DNA of 64,000 nucleotides from an uncultured Acidobacteriota bacterium (GTDB lineage Bacteria; Acidobacteriota; UBA6911), in the NCBI GenBank assembly GCA_963843575.1, contig CAWJKZ010000017.1:1-64000 (forward strand). Direction: 5' to 3'. Numbering within the stretch: position 1 is the first letter of the stretch; every line of letters begins with the position of its first letter. Shown here in pieces: positions 18,219-31,996 of this stretch. Both the position numbers and the translations under genes were made by a program. The notes beneath the pieces were generated by a model. It saw nothing but the letters and a program-made list of their open reading frames with translations. It was not told the origin of the DNA and made no database searches.

Positions 18219-19649
18219 CTACGGCGCGGTGCTGGTGCTGCCGCGACTGTCGGTTGCGACGACCCGGCAGCGCGGTCGGAGAGATGCCCAGGACCGGGGC
18301 CATTCGACCCGGGCCGTGAACTGCAGCCCGTCGGGCCGCAGCGGCACCGTGACGGGGTTGCCGGTCCCTGCCTCGCAGTGAAGCTCCACCCGGGCGACGC
18401 CGTCGGGGGCCGTGACGGTCGGGGCGACATAAAGCGGCGCGGCGGCCGCAGCGACGCGCGGCGGCACCCACCCGATGTGGGGCGCCCGCCGGGTGATGAT
18501 CAGGCCCGAGACCAGCCAGTCGCCGCCCGATCCCGGGACGAATGCGACCTCCAGGCGATTCCCGGACACCCGGACGTGCATGGACTTCTCGCCGGTTTCG
18601 CCGGAGCCGTACCGAATCGACGACGGTCCAGCGCGCAGTTCGAACGATCCTGCGGCCAACTCGGGCTGGTTCGTGACGACGCAGGTCACCCGGTAGTCGC
18701 CGTCGGCGAGGTCAGCCACAAGCGTGGCGGTACCGTGGCCGCGCAGCCAGGTCCGGAAGGGCGGCGCATCAGGGGCCGGCTGCGATGCGCGCACCGGGGC
18801 CGCTCCGAGCCAGCCGAAGCCGCTGCCAGTGGAGTAGACGGCCGCGGGGTGGAGCCCCCTGAAGCGGCGCCCCGCGCCCGCCCGGCCGGCAGCCCCGAAC
18901 TCGAGGCCGAGGTCAAACAGGCCGTAGCGTTGGAGCACCCTTTCCGCCGCCGCGAGCCACAGAGAGTCGCGCCGCAGGAATTGCGCCTCGCGCCTGCAGG
19001 AGTCCACTTCGGCCGTGCCGAACAGGATGCCGGGAGTGTCGACCGATGTGATTAGACGCTCCCAGACGGACGTGGCGGCGGCGGTTTCCGACATCGCCAT
19101 CCGCAAGGCCGACAGATCCCCCGTCGCGTCGAAGAGCGCCAGCGCGGCAGCCCCCGCAACCCGGCGCGCGTGGTAGCGGCCCAGCAGCGCCAGCGCGTTC
19201 AGATCGGTTCGGCAGCCGGGACATTGCCGGAGCGCCGCCACGGCTCCCGCGGCGGCTTCCGACATCCGCAGCAGGTTGCGGACGACGTCTTCCGGGAGCA
19301 GGCCGGCCGCCGGCTTTCCGTCCAGCCGCCAGGAGACATATTCCCCCCACGAGGCGTAGCCGGCGCCGCGCGGGGCGTCGAGATAGGCCTCGAGTGGGCC
19401 CCCCGAAATCCGCCCCGGCCAGTCGAATCCTCCGTAACTTTTCAGAAACGGGATAACGCCGCCCGCGGCCCGGGCCGCCTCGAACGATGCCCCCAGCCCC
19501 GCCGCAGCCGGGATATCCCCGCGCAGGTAGTCGCGCCAGGCCCGGTCGAACCCCTCCTCCGCCGGTGCACCGGTACCATGGAAACAGCCGCCCAGTAGAA
19601 TCGCCAGCGCTGCCGTCTTCCAGACACGGTGGTGGTTTCGGTTACTCAC
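18219..19649 (-). CDS. Secreted hypothetical protein with C-terminal carbohydrate-binding-like beta-sandwich
   Basis: Signal-like N-terminus; VYSTGSGFGW...ADLADGDYRV. Confidence 0.6.
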   Translation of the reverse strand: MSNRNHHRVWKTAALAILLGGCFHGTGAPAEEGFDRAWRDYLRGDIPAAAGLGASFEAARAAGGVIPFLKSYGGFDWPGRISGGPLEAYLDAPRGAGYASWGEYVSWRLDGKPAAGLLPEDVVRNLLRMSEAAAGAVAALRQCPGCRTDLNALALLGRYHARRVAGAAALALFDATGDLSALRMAMSETAAATSVWERLITSVDTPGILFGTAEVDSCRREAQFLRRDSLWLAAAERVLQRYGLFDLGLEFGAAGRAGAGRRFRGLHPAAVYSTGSGFGWLGAAPVRASQPAPDAPPFRTWLRGHGTATLVADLADGDYRVTCVVTNQPELAAGSFELRAGPSSIRYGSGETGEKSMHVRVSGNRLEVAFVPGSGGDWLVSGLIITRRAPHIGWVPPRVAAAAAPLYVAPTVTAPDGVARVELHCEAGTGNPVTVPLRPDGLQFTARVEWPRSWASLRPRCRVVATDSRGSTSTAP

Positions 19650-19666
19650 AGCCCCGGATTATACCA

Positions 19667-19692
19667 GTGGGCGGCGGCGGCTCGACGCCGCC
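19667..19692 (+). repeat. REP-like palindrome, family A
   Basis: GTGGGCGGCGGCGGCTCGACGCCGCC. Confidence 0.75.
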
Positions 19693-19932
19693 TCTCGTCC
19701 CCCCAAGGACCAAGTGGTTCGCTGCCAGGGCTCGAATCGTTATATAATGTGGTTGTTAAGCCGTCGGGATGTTGAAAGAGCACTGAGCCCCCGATCCGGG
19801 AACCAGTCGCCGTACGTCACTCCAGCATCGCGCCGCGGATCGTCCCGGCGGCTGCCACAACGGGGCTCCACCCTGCCTGTATATCCGCTGGATCTTTGCC
19901 ACTGCGGAGCCCGTAGCTTAACGGAGACTCGA

Positions 19933-22611
19933 ATGAAGACGGCAACATGCAGAAACTCCTTCCTTTTTGCAGCAGTGGCGACGCTGGTCGGGCTGGGCAG
20001 CCCGGTTTTTGGCGCCGTCCGGTTTGACGTGATCGGCTCCCCGACCGAGGTGATCAACACGGGGCGCTCCGAGGTTTTGGGATCCATCAACCTGGTCGTG
20101 CGCGGATCCGGCAACGTCACCGGGACCGCCACTGGCGGCGCCTCTCAGATCGGCATTCTCTTCTCGAATCCGGGGCTGCAGATCGACAACACCTCCACTT
20201 CCGGGATCAAGCTCGTCGCGAGCCCCGGCTTCATGAGCGCCGGTCCTGTCATCGTCGACATCCGGAACATTGACGTCGGCGGGCACTGTTCGGGGCACCT
20301 GACCGTCAACCTGGCGCCCGGAGTCGCGCTGTCTCAGGGGGACTTCCTGCGCATCGAGGGCATTCGCGGCCGCATCGACGCGAGCGACGGGATCACGCCC
20401 GGTACCGATCTTTACGCGGACCTGCAGAGCGTGAACGACCCTGCCGCGAACAACTTCAGTCCCGACAGCGTCCGGGTGGCGAAATCGTTGAAGGGCGTCG
20501 ACGTCGACGTAGTCTCCACGACCACGAGTTACGAGGTGCGCATCAGCGAAGCTTTCGCCCGGGCGTTTGTCGATCGCGACGCGTCCAACGACGGCGTGAA
20601 CGCCAACGACCGTATCGACAGCAGCGGCGGCGGCCTGGGTGCGCCTTCGAATTCCACCCAGCTGCTGCTCCGGGTGGCGGGGATCCCTGATGGCATATCC
20701 GACGTCGTCTGGCCCTCGAGGTCCAGCGATCACGCGACAGGTGCGTCACTCCACCTGATCGGGAGCGATTTCGCCGGAGGAGTCTCGACCGCGACCTACA
20801 GTTACGAAACGGTCGACCAGGTCGGCACGAGCGACACCACCGTGGAGTCGTTCTCGTTAAGCCCGGGGTTCGTCTTCGGCGGCGGGAGATGCAGTCTCGA
20901 AGGGTTCTCCACCTCCGTCACGCTGGCGCCGGCGGTCGACCCCGCCTCCGGCTGTGCCGAGCCGGCCGACCTCGCGCGGCCGCGATTCCTGCGCCAGTAC
21001 GAGCTGACGGTCAACCAGCTGGAACCGTCCACGGCCGTGGTCAACGGGCCGGCCTTCACCCTCAAGGTGCACGGCACCGGATTTCTGCCCGGTTCCGTAA
21101 TCCTGTGGAACGGTGCCGCCCGCCCCACGACACTGGTCAACGACACAACGTTGACGGCGGCCATCCCGGCAACCGATATCACCAGGGTCGGGACCGTGAT
21201 GGTGACGGTGGCCAATCCCGCAAGTGCAGGGGGGGGATCCAAGGCGCTGGCGTTCTCCGTCGTCCCGCCGGCGTTGAGCCTCTACTTCCCGCGCCTGGTC
21301 GCAAGCGACGCGCAGGATGCGGACGCGACGGAGTTCACCGGGATCGCCCTGTCGAACATCAGCGGTAGAATCGCCACGGTGAAACTGACGGCGTTCGACC
21401 GGGACGGCGAAACCATTGCGGGCCCCGGGGTTACCAACCCGGCGACGCTCGTTCTCAAGGCCGGCGAGCAGCGTCCCCTCATCGACAACCAGATTTTCGG
21501 CGACGGGTTGCGCGGGCCGGACCGTGTCGGCTGGGTGAAGGCGGAAGGCGACGTGTCGCAGGTCGTCGGCTTCTTCCTGGGATTTAACGGCACCCTGACG
21601 AGGCTTGACGGAACCGACGTTTCCTCGAAGCTCTCCAGTTCCTTCATCCTCCCCGAGATCGAAAAGGAGGGGTCGAACCAGCTGAGCATCGCCAACCCCG
21701 GGAACGTGGCCGTGACGGTCAACTTCGAACTGGTGCAGCCCGACGGCACCGCCAAGGCCGCCGCGACCCGGACCATCAAAGCCAACGGCGTGCTGGCAGA
21801 GGGGCTCGGAACACTTTTCGAAGGTGTCCCCGTCAATAACCCGGACTACGTTCTGGCGACGGCTTCAGACGGGGTGGCCGCGCTCGCCTGCCTGGGCAAG
21901 ACGGCCAGGGACGTGGTGGCGCTCAACGGCCAGGATGTGGCCTCCGGCGCGACCGTTCTCTATTCTCCGCAGTTCGTGACCGGTGGAACGCAATGGCGGG
22001 CGACGCTTTCGGTTGTCAACCTCAGCCCCAGGGCAGGGAGCGTCAGCTTCAAGTTCGTCGGTGACGACGGCGAGCAGATCGGCTCGACACGAACGCTGCC
22101 CGTTGCGGCGCGGGGCAAGATTTATGTCGACGACCCGGCGTTCTTCATCGATGCCGGCAGCGTGCTCGAGCAGGGGTACGTCGTCGTCACGAGCGACGGC
22201 GTGAAACTGGCGGGGGACGTGCTGTTCGGGAATCCCGGCAGCACCCCGTTTGCCGCGGCCCTGCCGCTCGTCTCGACCGCGCATAACGAAATGGTCTTCG
22301 GCCAGGTTGCCTCCAACGACACGTTCTATACGGGGATCGCGGTACTCAATCCCAATGGGAAGCCGGCGGCTGGGGCGATCCGGGTCTTCGACAACGAGGG
22401 CAAGCTCGTCGCCTCCAAGGGGCTGGTGATCCCGGCGTCGGGCCGCGTCTCGAAGCTCCTGACCGAGTACTTTCCGGAACTGAACGGGAAGAGCATCGGT
22501 TCGGGGTACATCACGGTCAGCTCGAGCCTGTCGAACCTGGTGGGCTTTGCGCTGTTCGGGGCCAACAACCTGTCGGTACTGTCTGCCGTCCCGGCCCAGA
22601 TCGTGCCCTGA
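19933..22611 (+). CDS. Large secreted/surface protein: beta-rich N-region, IPT/TIG domain, four C-terminal beta-sandwich repeats
   Basis: GGAG RBS, signal peptide, FTLKVHGTGF..GSVILWNG; repeats YFPRL..TGIALSN, FILPEI..LSIANP, YSPQF..LSVVN, VFGQV..TGIAVLNP. Confidence 0.8.
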   Translation: MKTATCRNSFLFAAVATLVGLGSPVFGAVRFDVIGSPTEVINTGRSEVLGSINLVVRGSGNVTGTATGGASQIGILFSNPGLQIDNTSTSGIKLVASPGFMSAGPVIVDIRNIDVGGHCSGHLTVNLAPGVALSQGDFLRIEGIRGRIDASDGITPGTDLYADLQSVNDPAANNFSPDSVRVAKSLKGVDVDVVSTTTSYEVRISEAFARAFVDRDASNDGVNANDRIDSSGGGLGAPSNSTQLLLRVAGIPDGISDVVWPSRSSDHATGASLHLIGSDFAGGVSTATYSYETVDQVGTSDTTVESFSLSPGFVFGGGRCSLEGFSTSVTLAPAVDPASGCAEPADLARPRFLRQYELTVNQLEPSTAVVNGPAFTLKVHGTGFLPGSVILWNGAARPTTLVNDTTLTAAIPATDITRVGTVMVTVANPASAGGGSKALAFSVVPPALSLYFPRLVASDAQDADATEFTGIALSNISGRIATVKLTAFDRDGETIAGPGVTNPATLVLKAGEQRPLIDNQIFGDGLRGPDRVGWVKAEGDVSQVVGFFLGFNGTLTRLDGTDVSSKLSSSFILPEIEKEGSNQLSIANPGNVAVTVNFELVQPDGTAKAAATRTIKANGVLAEGLGTLFEGVPVNNPDYVLATASDGVAALACLGKTARDVVALNGQDVASGATVLYSPQFVTGGTQWRATLSVVNLSPRAGSVSFKFVGDDGEQIGSTRTLPVAARGKIYVDDPAFFIDAGSVLEQGYVVVTSDGVKLAGDVLFGNPGSTPFAAALPLVSTAHNEMVFGQVASNDTFYTGIAVLNPNGKPAAGAIRVFDNEGKLVASKGLVIPASGRVSKLLTEYFPELNGKSIGSGYITVSSSLSNLVGFALFGANNLSVLSAVPAQIVP

Positions 22612-22677
22612 CGAGGCAGGCCAAGGGATATTGTCCAGGATTGTCGGGTTTGCCGCGGCGCCGGGCGTCGTGCCTGC

Positions 22678-23673
22678 TCACGCCCCGGCGCCGCGGCTCT
22701 TGATCGTCCGGACTATGGTTTCCCCGTGGAAGCGGCCGTTTTCAATGAAGATGAGGTTGGTTTCGCGCCCTGCGACGACGCTCCCGGCCAGGAAAAGCCC
22801 GGGCACGTTGGTTTCAAAGGTCGTCGGGTCGTGCTCCGGCGCCAGGGTCTCCGGCCGCACGTCGACCCCCGCGCGCCGCAGCAGGCCCGTGTCGCAATGG
22901 TAACCCGTCAGCAGGAAAACGGCGTCGGCTGCGACCTCGGTGGCCACGCCGCCGCACTCCAGGAGCAGGCTGTCGGGGCGTATCTCGACGACGCGCGTCT
23001 CGAAGCGCGCCTCGATCGATCCTTCCTTTATGCGGTTCTCGATGTCGGGCCGCACCCAGTACTTGATCGAGTCCGACAGCCGGCTGCCGCGGTGCACGAG
23101 CAGCACCTGCACGCCGGACCTGAAAAGGTCCAGCGCAGCTTCGGCCGCCGAATTCCGCCCACCCACCACGGCGACGCACTTTCGAAAAAACGCGTGAGGC
23201 TCGGAGTAGTAGTGTGAAACGTGGGGCAGGTCTTCTCCCGGAACGCCGAGCAGGTTCGGGTTGTCGTAATAGCCGGTGGCCAGGACCACGTTCCGTGAAA
23301 GATGGGTGCACGTGTCTCCCGGCGCGCGACGAGTCGCGATCCTGAAGGCCTGCCCCGGCACGATGGTCTCGACCTCCTCGTTGAACTCGACATGCAGGCG
23401 ATAGTGTTCCGCAACCCTCCGGTAGTAGCGCAGGGCTTCGGCCCGGGTCGGTTTCTCGTACGGCGTGGTGAACGGGAGGCCGCCGATCTCGAGGAGATCC
23501 GGCGTGGTGAAGAAGACCATGTTACGCGGGTAGTGGTAGATAGAATTGACCAGGGTGCCCTTCTCGAGGACGCGGCAGCTCAATCCGGCCTGTTTTGCGG
23601 CGATTGCCGCCGCCAGACCGGCCGGCCCGGCGCCGACCACGATGACGTCGATTATCGACGGTGCCTCCGACAT
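22678..23673 (-). CDS. ypdA: YpdA-family FAD-dependent (bacillithiol disulfide reductase-like) oxidoreductase
   Basis: GAGPAG, NSIYHYP..MVFFTT, WVRPDIENRI, IFIENGRFH. Confidence 0.9.
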   Translation of the reverse strand: MSEAPSIIDVIVVGAGPAGLAAAIAAKQAGLSCRVLEKGTLVNSIYHYPRNMVFFTTPDLLEIGGLPFTTPYEKPTRAEALRYYRRVAEHYRLHVEFNEEVETIVPGQAFRIATRRAPGDTCTHLSRNVVLATGYYDNPNLLGVPGEDLPHVSHYYSEPHAFFRKCVAVVGGRNSAAEAALDLFRSGVQVLLVHRGSRLSDSIKYWVRPDIENRIKEGSIEARFETRVVEIRPDSLLLECGGVATEVAADAVFLLTGYHCDTGLLRRAGVDVRPETLAPEHDPTTFETNVPGLFLAGSVVAGRETNLIFIENGRFHGETIVRTIKSRGAGA

Positions 23674-23815
23674 CGATCACCTCCCGAACGAGCATGCCGC
23701 AGAACCCGGTGCTTTTTGAAGGGAAAAGTCGCAGCGGAGGATCGGTCAATTCCAGGTATCGCTTGAGCGCGCAAAGAACTCGGAGAATCTCGAAGATTCG
23801 GGATAGTATAGGGTT

Positions 23816-25027
23816 ATGGCAGAAAGTTTCGACGTGGCGATTGTAGGGGCGGGCATCGTGGGGCTCGGCACGGCGATGGCCCTCACTGAGGCGTATCCGC
23901 AGCGCACCGTGGTTCTCCTCGAGAAGGAAAAGGAACCGGGAACCCACCAGACCGGGCACAACAGCGGCGTGATCCACGCGGGCATCTACTACCGCCCGGG
24001 GAGCTACAAGGCGAAGTTGTGCGTCGAAGGCGTGGAGCTCATCACCGCATTCTGCGAATCCCAGGGCGTGCCCTTTGAACGCTGCGGGAAGGTGATCGTG
24101 GCGACATCCGAGGCGGAACTGCCGCGGCTGCAGGCCCTGTACGAGCGCGGCACCGCGAACGGCATCGATGGGCTGGAGATGATCGGCGGCGAGCGCGTGC
24201 GGGAGATCGAGCCGCACGCCCGGGCGGTGCGCGGCCTCCACTCGCCCAACACGGCGATCGTCGACTTCAAGGCGGTCTGCGACGCGATGGCCCGGGTCCT
24301 CGCATCGCGCGGCGCCCGGATCCTCACCGGGGCCGGGGTGCGCGCGATCAGGCGTGACGGCGGCGAGCTCAGGATCGAGACGGCCGGCCCGTCCATCACG
24401 GCCCGCAACATGATCAGCTGCGCCGGGCTGCACGCCGACCGGATTGCGCGGCTCATGGGTCTCGAGCCGAACGTCATGATCATTCCGTTCCGCGGGGAAT
24501 ACTACACGCTGCGCCCCGAGCGCCAGCTCGTTCGCGGTTTGATATACCCGGTGCCGGACCCGGAATTCCCGTTCCTCGGGGTCCACTTCACAAAACGGAT
24601 CCAGGGAGGATACGAGGCGGGACCGAACGCGGTTCTGGCCTTTGCGCGGGAAGGATACCGCAAGAGCGATTTCCGGATGTCCGATGTCGGGCAGATGCTG
24701 GGCTACCGCGGGTTCTGGGCCATGGGCTGGCGCTACTGGCGGATGGGGTTCTACGAGTACTACCGGTCGCTCAGCCGCGCCGCATTCCTGCGGGCGCTGC
24801 AGAAGCTCGTGCCGGACCTGCAGGATTCGGACCTGGCGCCGGGCGGGTCAGGCGTGCGCGCCCAGGGGGTTACGCCCAAGGGTTCGATGGTGGACGACTT
24901 TCTGATCCTGGAAGCGTCCAACGCGATTCACGTCCTGAACGCCCCGTCGCCTGCGGCGACCGCCTCGCTCGCCATCGGCCGGCACATCGCGGGTCTCGCC
25001 GCCAAATCTTTCTGGAAGAATTCCTGA
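23816..25027 (+). CDS. lhgO: L-2-hydroxyglutarate oxidase
   Basis: HQTGHNSGVIHAGIYY, FRGEYY, FLGVHFT, NAPSPAATASL. Confidence 0.93.
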   Translation: MAESFDVAIVGAGIVGLGTAMALTEAYPQRTVVLLEKEKEPGTHQTGHNSGVIHAGIYYRPGSYKAKLCVEGVELITAFCESQGVPFERCGKVIVATSEAELPRLQALYERGTANGIDGLEMIGGERVREIEPHARAVRGLHSPNTAIVDFKAVCDAMARVLASRGARILTGAGVRAIRRDGGELRIETAGPSITARNMISCAGLHADRIARLMGLEPNVMIIPFRGEYYTLRPERQLVRGLIYPVPDPEFPFLGVHFTKRIQGGYEAGPNAVLAFAREGYRKSDFRMSDVGQMLGYRGFWAMGWRYWRMGFYEYYRSLSRAAFLRALQKLVPDLQDSDLAPGGSGVRAQGVTPKGSMVDDFLILEASNAIHVLNAPSPAATASLAIGRHIAGLAAKSFWKNS

Positions 25028-25040
25028 GAAAGGCATTTGA

Positions 25041-25094
25041 GACGCGGGTTTCCGCTGATTTCCAGATACGACAAGATCAGCGGAAACCCGCGTC
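25041..25094. terminator. Perfect 19-bp inverted repeat between convergent lhgO and nifJ (related to GGACGCGGAT repeat family)
   Basis: GACGCGGGTTTCCGCTGAT / ATCAGCGGAAACCCGCGTC. Confidence 0.75.
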
Positions 25095-25101
25095 CTCAAA
25101 C

Positions 25102-28745
<3,644 letters not shown>

Positions 28746-28835
28746 TTAGGAGTCGAAACCACGCGGTCGCGGGCGTCCCCCGCTGCTGCCGCCTGCCTTC
28801 GCACGAGCTCCGGATCGTGATTCCAACCCTTGCGT

Positions 28836-30296
28836 TTATACTCCCGTTTGCTGCTTCACCGCCCGCTGTTGCAGGTATCGATGTATGGCCCGGGCCGCGG
28901 CGCGTCCGTCGCCCATGGCCGAAATGACGGTTGCCCCGCCGATGATATCGCCCCCGGCGAACACGCCCGGGATACTGGTCTGCCGTGTTTGCGGATCCAC
29001 GCTGATGCGGCCCCACTTGTCCGTCGTGAGGTCCGGCGTCGTCTGCGCCAGCACCGGGTTTGGGCTCTGCCCGATCGCGATGACAAAGATGTCGGCCTCG
29101 ATGAGGAACTCCGAACCCGGTTTCGGCACCGGCCGAGGCCGTCCGGAGGCGTCGGGTTCGCCGAGCGTCATCTCGAGGCACTCGACCCCCGCGACGTTGT
29201 TGTCGCCGTCCCCGAGAAGCCTGACGGGGGTGGCGAGGAAGTGGAACTTGATCCCTTCCTGCTCGGCGTGCTCGATCTCCTCGTGCCGCGCGGGAAGCTC
29301 CTGCCGCGAGCGGCGGTAGACGATGGTGACCGTGGCGGCCCCCATGCGCAGCGCCGTGCGTGCGCAGTCCATGGCGACGTTTCCGCCGCCGGTCACCACG
29401 ACGCGGCGTGCCGGCAGCAGCGGGGTCGGAGCCTCCGGGAAGAGGTAAGCCTTCATCAGGTTAACGCGGGTCAGGAACTCGTTTGCGCTGTAGACGCCCC
29501 GGAGGTTCTTGCCCGGGATGTCCATCATCAGCGGCAGCCCGGCCCCGGTTCCGATGAAGACCGCCTGGAAGCCGCGTTGCTCCATCAGGTTCCTGATCGT
29601 GAAAAGCCGTCCGACGACCGCGTTGTAATAGAACTTCACGCCGAGGCGGCCGATGTTTTCCACCTCCTGCTTGATGATCCGCTTGGGCAGCCGGAATTCC
29701 GGGATGCCGTAGATCAGAACCCCTCCCGGCTCGTGCAGCGCCTCGAACACCGTGACGTCGTACTTGAGGCGGGCGAGGTCGGCGGCGCAGGTCAGCCCGG
29801 CGGGACCGCTGCCGATCACCGCCACCTTGGGGGTGTCGTCCGGGATGGGCTCGCTGTCGGGGGGTTCGCTCTGCGCGCTGTGCCAGTCGCCGATAAACCG
29901 CTCCAGGCGCCCGACGGAGACCGGATCCCCCTTGACGGCAGCAATGCACTGGATCTGGCACTGCGTTTCCTGGGGGCAGACGCGGCCGCAGATGCTGGGC
30001 AGCAGGTTGTCGCGGCTGATCGTTTCGTAGGCGCCGCGGAAGTTCCCCGTCGCCATCTGCGAGATGAACTTCGGGATATCGATGCCGACGGGGCAGTTGG
30101 GAATGCACTTGGCCTTTTCCGCCTTGCACTCGTAGCAGCGCAATGCCTCCGCGATGGCATCCTCCGCGCTGTAGCCGAGCGGGACCTCGGCGAAGTTTCG
30201 GATCCTTTCGCCGGCGGGCTGCTCGGACATCGGGACGGCCTTTTTTTCGCGCACCCGCTTCGGGGCGCGCAGGACCGTGCGGTCTGTCTCAGTCAT
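28836..30296 (-). CDS. nfnB: Nfn large subunit (GltD-like, SudA) of NADH-dependent ferredoxin:NADP oxidoreductase
   Basis: EALRC..C, CPVGIDIP, CGRVCPQE, GIPEFRLPK, GGGNVAMD, ATVISAMGDG. Confidence 0.9.
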   Translation of the reverse strand: MTETDRTVLRAPKRVREKKAVPMSEQPAGERIRNFAEVPLGYSAEDAIAEALRCYECKAEKAKCIPNCPVGIDIPKFISQMATGNFRGAYETISRDNLLPSICGRVCPQETQCQIQCIAAVKGDPVSVGRLERFIGDWHSAQSEPPDSEPIPDDTPKVAVIGSGPAGLTCAADLARLKYDVTVFEALHEPGGVLIYGIPEFRLPKRIIKQEVENIGRLGVKFYYNAVVGRLFTIRNLMEQRGFQAVFIGTGAGLPLMMDIPGKNLRGVYSANEFLTRVNLMKAYLFPEAPTPLLPARRVVVTGGGNVAMDCARTALRMGAATVTIVYRRSRQELPARHEEIEHAEQEGIKFHFLATPVRLLGDGDNNVAGVECLEMTLGEPDASGRPRPVPKPGSEFLIEADIFVIAIGQSPNPVLAQTTPDLTTDKWGRISVDPQTRQTSIPGVFAGGDIIGGATVISAMGDGRAAARAIHRYLQQRAVKQQTGV

Positions 30297-30300
30297 CAGT

Positions 30301-31167
30301 TCATCTCCCGAGGCCGATGTTGCAGGTGTGGTCCTGGGCGATTTTTTCCTGGGGCCGGTAGGTGTTCAGCCGCGACATCAATTCGTCCCAGTTGACGCGG
30401 CTTCCATCGAAGTCCGGACCATCGACACAGGCGAAGTAGGTCTTGTCGCCGATCGTCACCCGGCACCCGCCGCACATCCCCGTGCCGTCGACCATCACCG
30501 GGTTCAGGCTGGCCATGACCGGGAATCCGCGCCGGACGGCCAGTTCGCAGGTCGCCTTCATCATGATGGGCGGGCCGATCGCGACGATCAGCGCCGGCTT
30601 GACGCCCTGGTCGAGCAGGTCGAGGAGAACATCCGTGACCAGCCCTTTGCGTGCGCAGCTCCCGTCGTCGGTCGCGAGGTGCAGGGCGTGGGCTGTCCTC
30701 TGGAATTCGTCGATCAACATCATCTGGTCGCGCGAGCGCGCGCCCACGATGGCGATGACCTCGTTCCCCGCCTCGCGGTAGGCCGCGAGCTGCGGCAGGA
30801 GCGGCGCGGCCCCCAGGCCGCCGCCGACGCCCAACACTGGACCGGGATAGCGGCGAATTTCGATCGGGCGCCCGAGCGGCCCGGCGACGTCCAGCAGGTT
30901 GTCGCCGGCGTTCAGCCGGCTCATGCGGCGCGTCGTGTGCCCCACGACCTGCACCACCAGCCGGATCCGGGTGCGTCCCGCGTCCACCTCCGCGATCGTC
31001 AGGGGAATCCGTTCGCCCAGCTCCTCCGCGCGCACGATCACGAACTGGCCGGGGCGGAACGCGGCCGCGATGTCCGCGGCTTCAACCCACATCGAAAAGA
31101 CGCGGTCGCTGAGCCAGCGTTTGTCGGCTATGCGAAAATTCTTTCCTAGTTCAAAAGCCTGGTGCAC
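30301..31167 (-). CDS. nfnA: Nfn small subunit (SudB)
   Basis: GERIPLTIA, SLNPVMVDGTGMCGGCRV, ACVDGPDFD. Confidence 0.92.
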   Translation of the reverse strand: MHQAFELGKNFRIADKRWLSDRVFSMWVEAADIAAAFRPGQFVIVRAEELGERIPLTIAEVDAGRTRIRLVVQVVGHTTRRMSRLNAGDNLLDVAGPLGRPIEIRRYPGPVLGVGGGLGAAPLLPQLAAYREAGNEVIAIVGARSRDQMMLIDEFQRTAHALHLATDDGSCARKGLVTDVLLDLLDQGVKPALIVAIGPPIMMKATCELAVRRGFPVMASLNPVMVDGTGMCGGCRVTIGDKTYFACVDGPDFDGSRVNWDELMSRLNTYRPQEKIAQDHTCNIGLGR

Positions 31168-31342
31168 GAAACGGTCCTCAATGTTGAACTGGATTCCTCA
31201 AATGCTTCCGGCGACGGTCCCGAATAACGAGCCGCCCCTCCAGAAGAAACGAGGGGCGGAGACGACACTCATCGCGTGGCCTGCGCGCGCCGAAACGGTA
31301 CGCTCTCACGATGCAAGCGCGAACTCACCTTCTGACCCGCCG

Positions 31343-31861
31343 CTACCTCTGCGAGCCCTGGATAACATACCGGCCTAAGTGCATCGTGAACTGCTCCCCC
31401 TTGAGCGTCAGCGCCACGGTGGATGCGGGTGCGGCAGCATCGAACTGCAAAGTGAGGCGATCGATGATCGACCCGTTGAAGTCCCGCGCGGTCAGGATCG
31501 CGGTCGGCGTTTCCTTGCCGCCGCCGAGCGAAAGCCCCACCATACCGGCCGGCAGGATCCACCGGCCGAATCTCAATTTCGTTTCGGAGACGAGCACATA
31601 CTCGTACTTCTGCTTCATCTCGGCTGTCAGACCGGCGGTGACCAGCCCGGCCACGCCCGCCCGCGTCTTGTCCGCAAACTGGACGACCGAGTAGTTTTTC
31701 ATATCCACCGGGATCATCTCGGCCTCCATCGGTACCCGGTCCGGGAGAAATCTCCGGCCGGCTTCCGCGTCGAGCACGCGGAACGCCTCCTCCTGCCCCG
31801 GCAGGATACCTGGGGTGCACGCCGCGAGCAGCAAACCGGGCGCTGCGATGCCTCTCACCAT
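31343..31861 (-). CDS. Secreted hypothetical protein
   Basis: Signal-like N-terminus, continuous ORF in operon. Confidence 0.6.
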   Translation of the reverse strand: MVRGIAAPGLLLAACTPGILPGQEEAFRVLDAEAGRRFLPDRVPMEAEMIPVDMKNYSVVQFADKTRAGVAGLVTAGLTAEMKQKYEYVLVSETKLRFGRWILPAGMVGLSLGGGKETPTAILTARDFNGSIIDRLTLQFDAAAPASTVALTLKGEQFTMHLGRYVIQGSQR

Positions 31862-31996
31862 GGCGGATAGCCTCCTGGCCCGGGTTGTGCCCAAGCGGAG
31901 CCCAAGGCTGCGGCGCAGCGTACGATATGTGGCGAACATTGAACCGCTGATCATACCACAAATCCGGCCCGAACGGTTGCACTCGGATGTCCGGTC

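Noticed and set aside
19770-19815. c-di-GMP-II riboswitch
   Set aside because: GAGCACT...GGAACCAGT is only partly similar; the downstream GTGC pseudoknot partner is missing
28836-30296. Glutamate synthase small subunit
   Set aside because: No gltB here; the adjacent nfnA/sudB gene indicates Nfn
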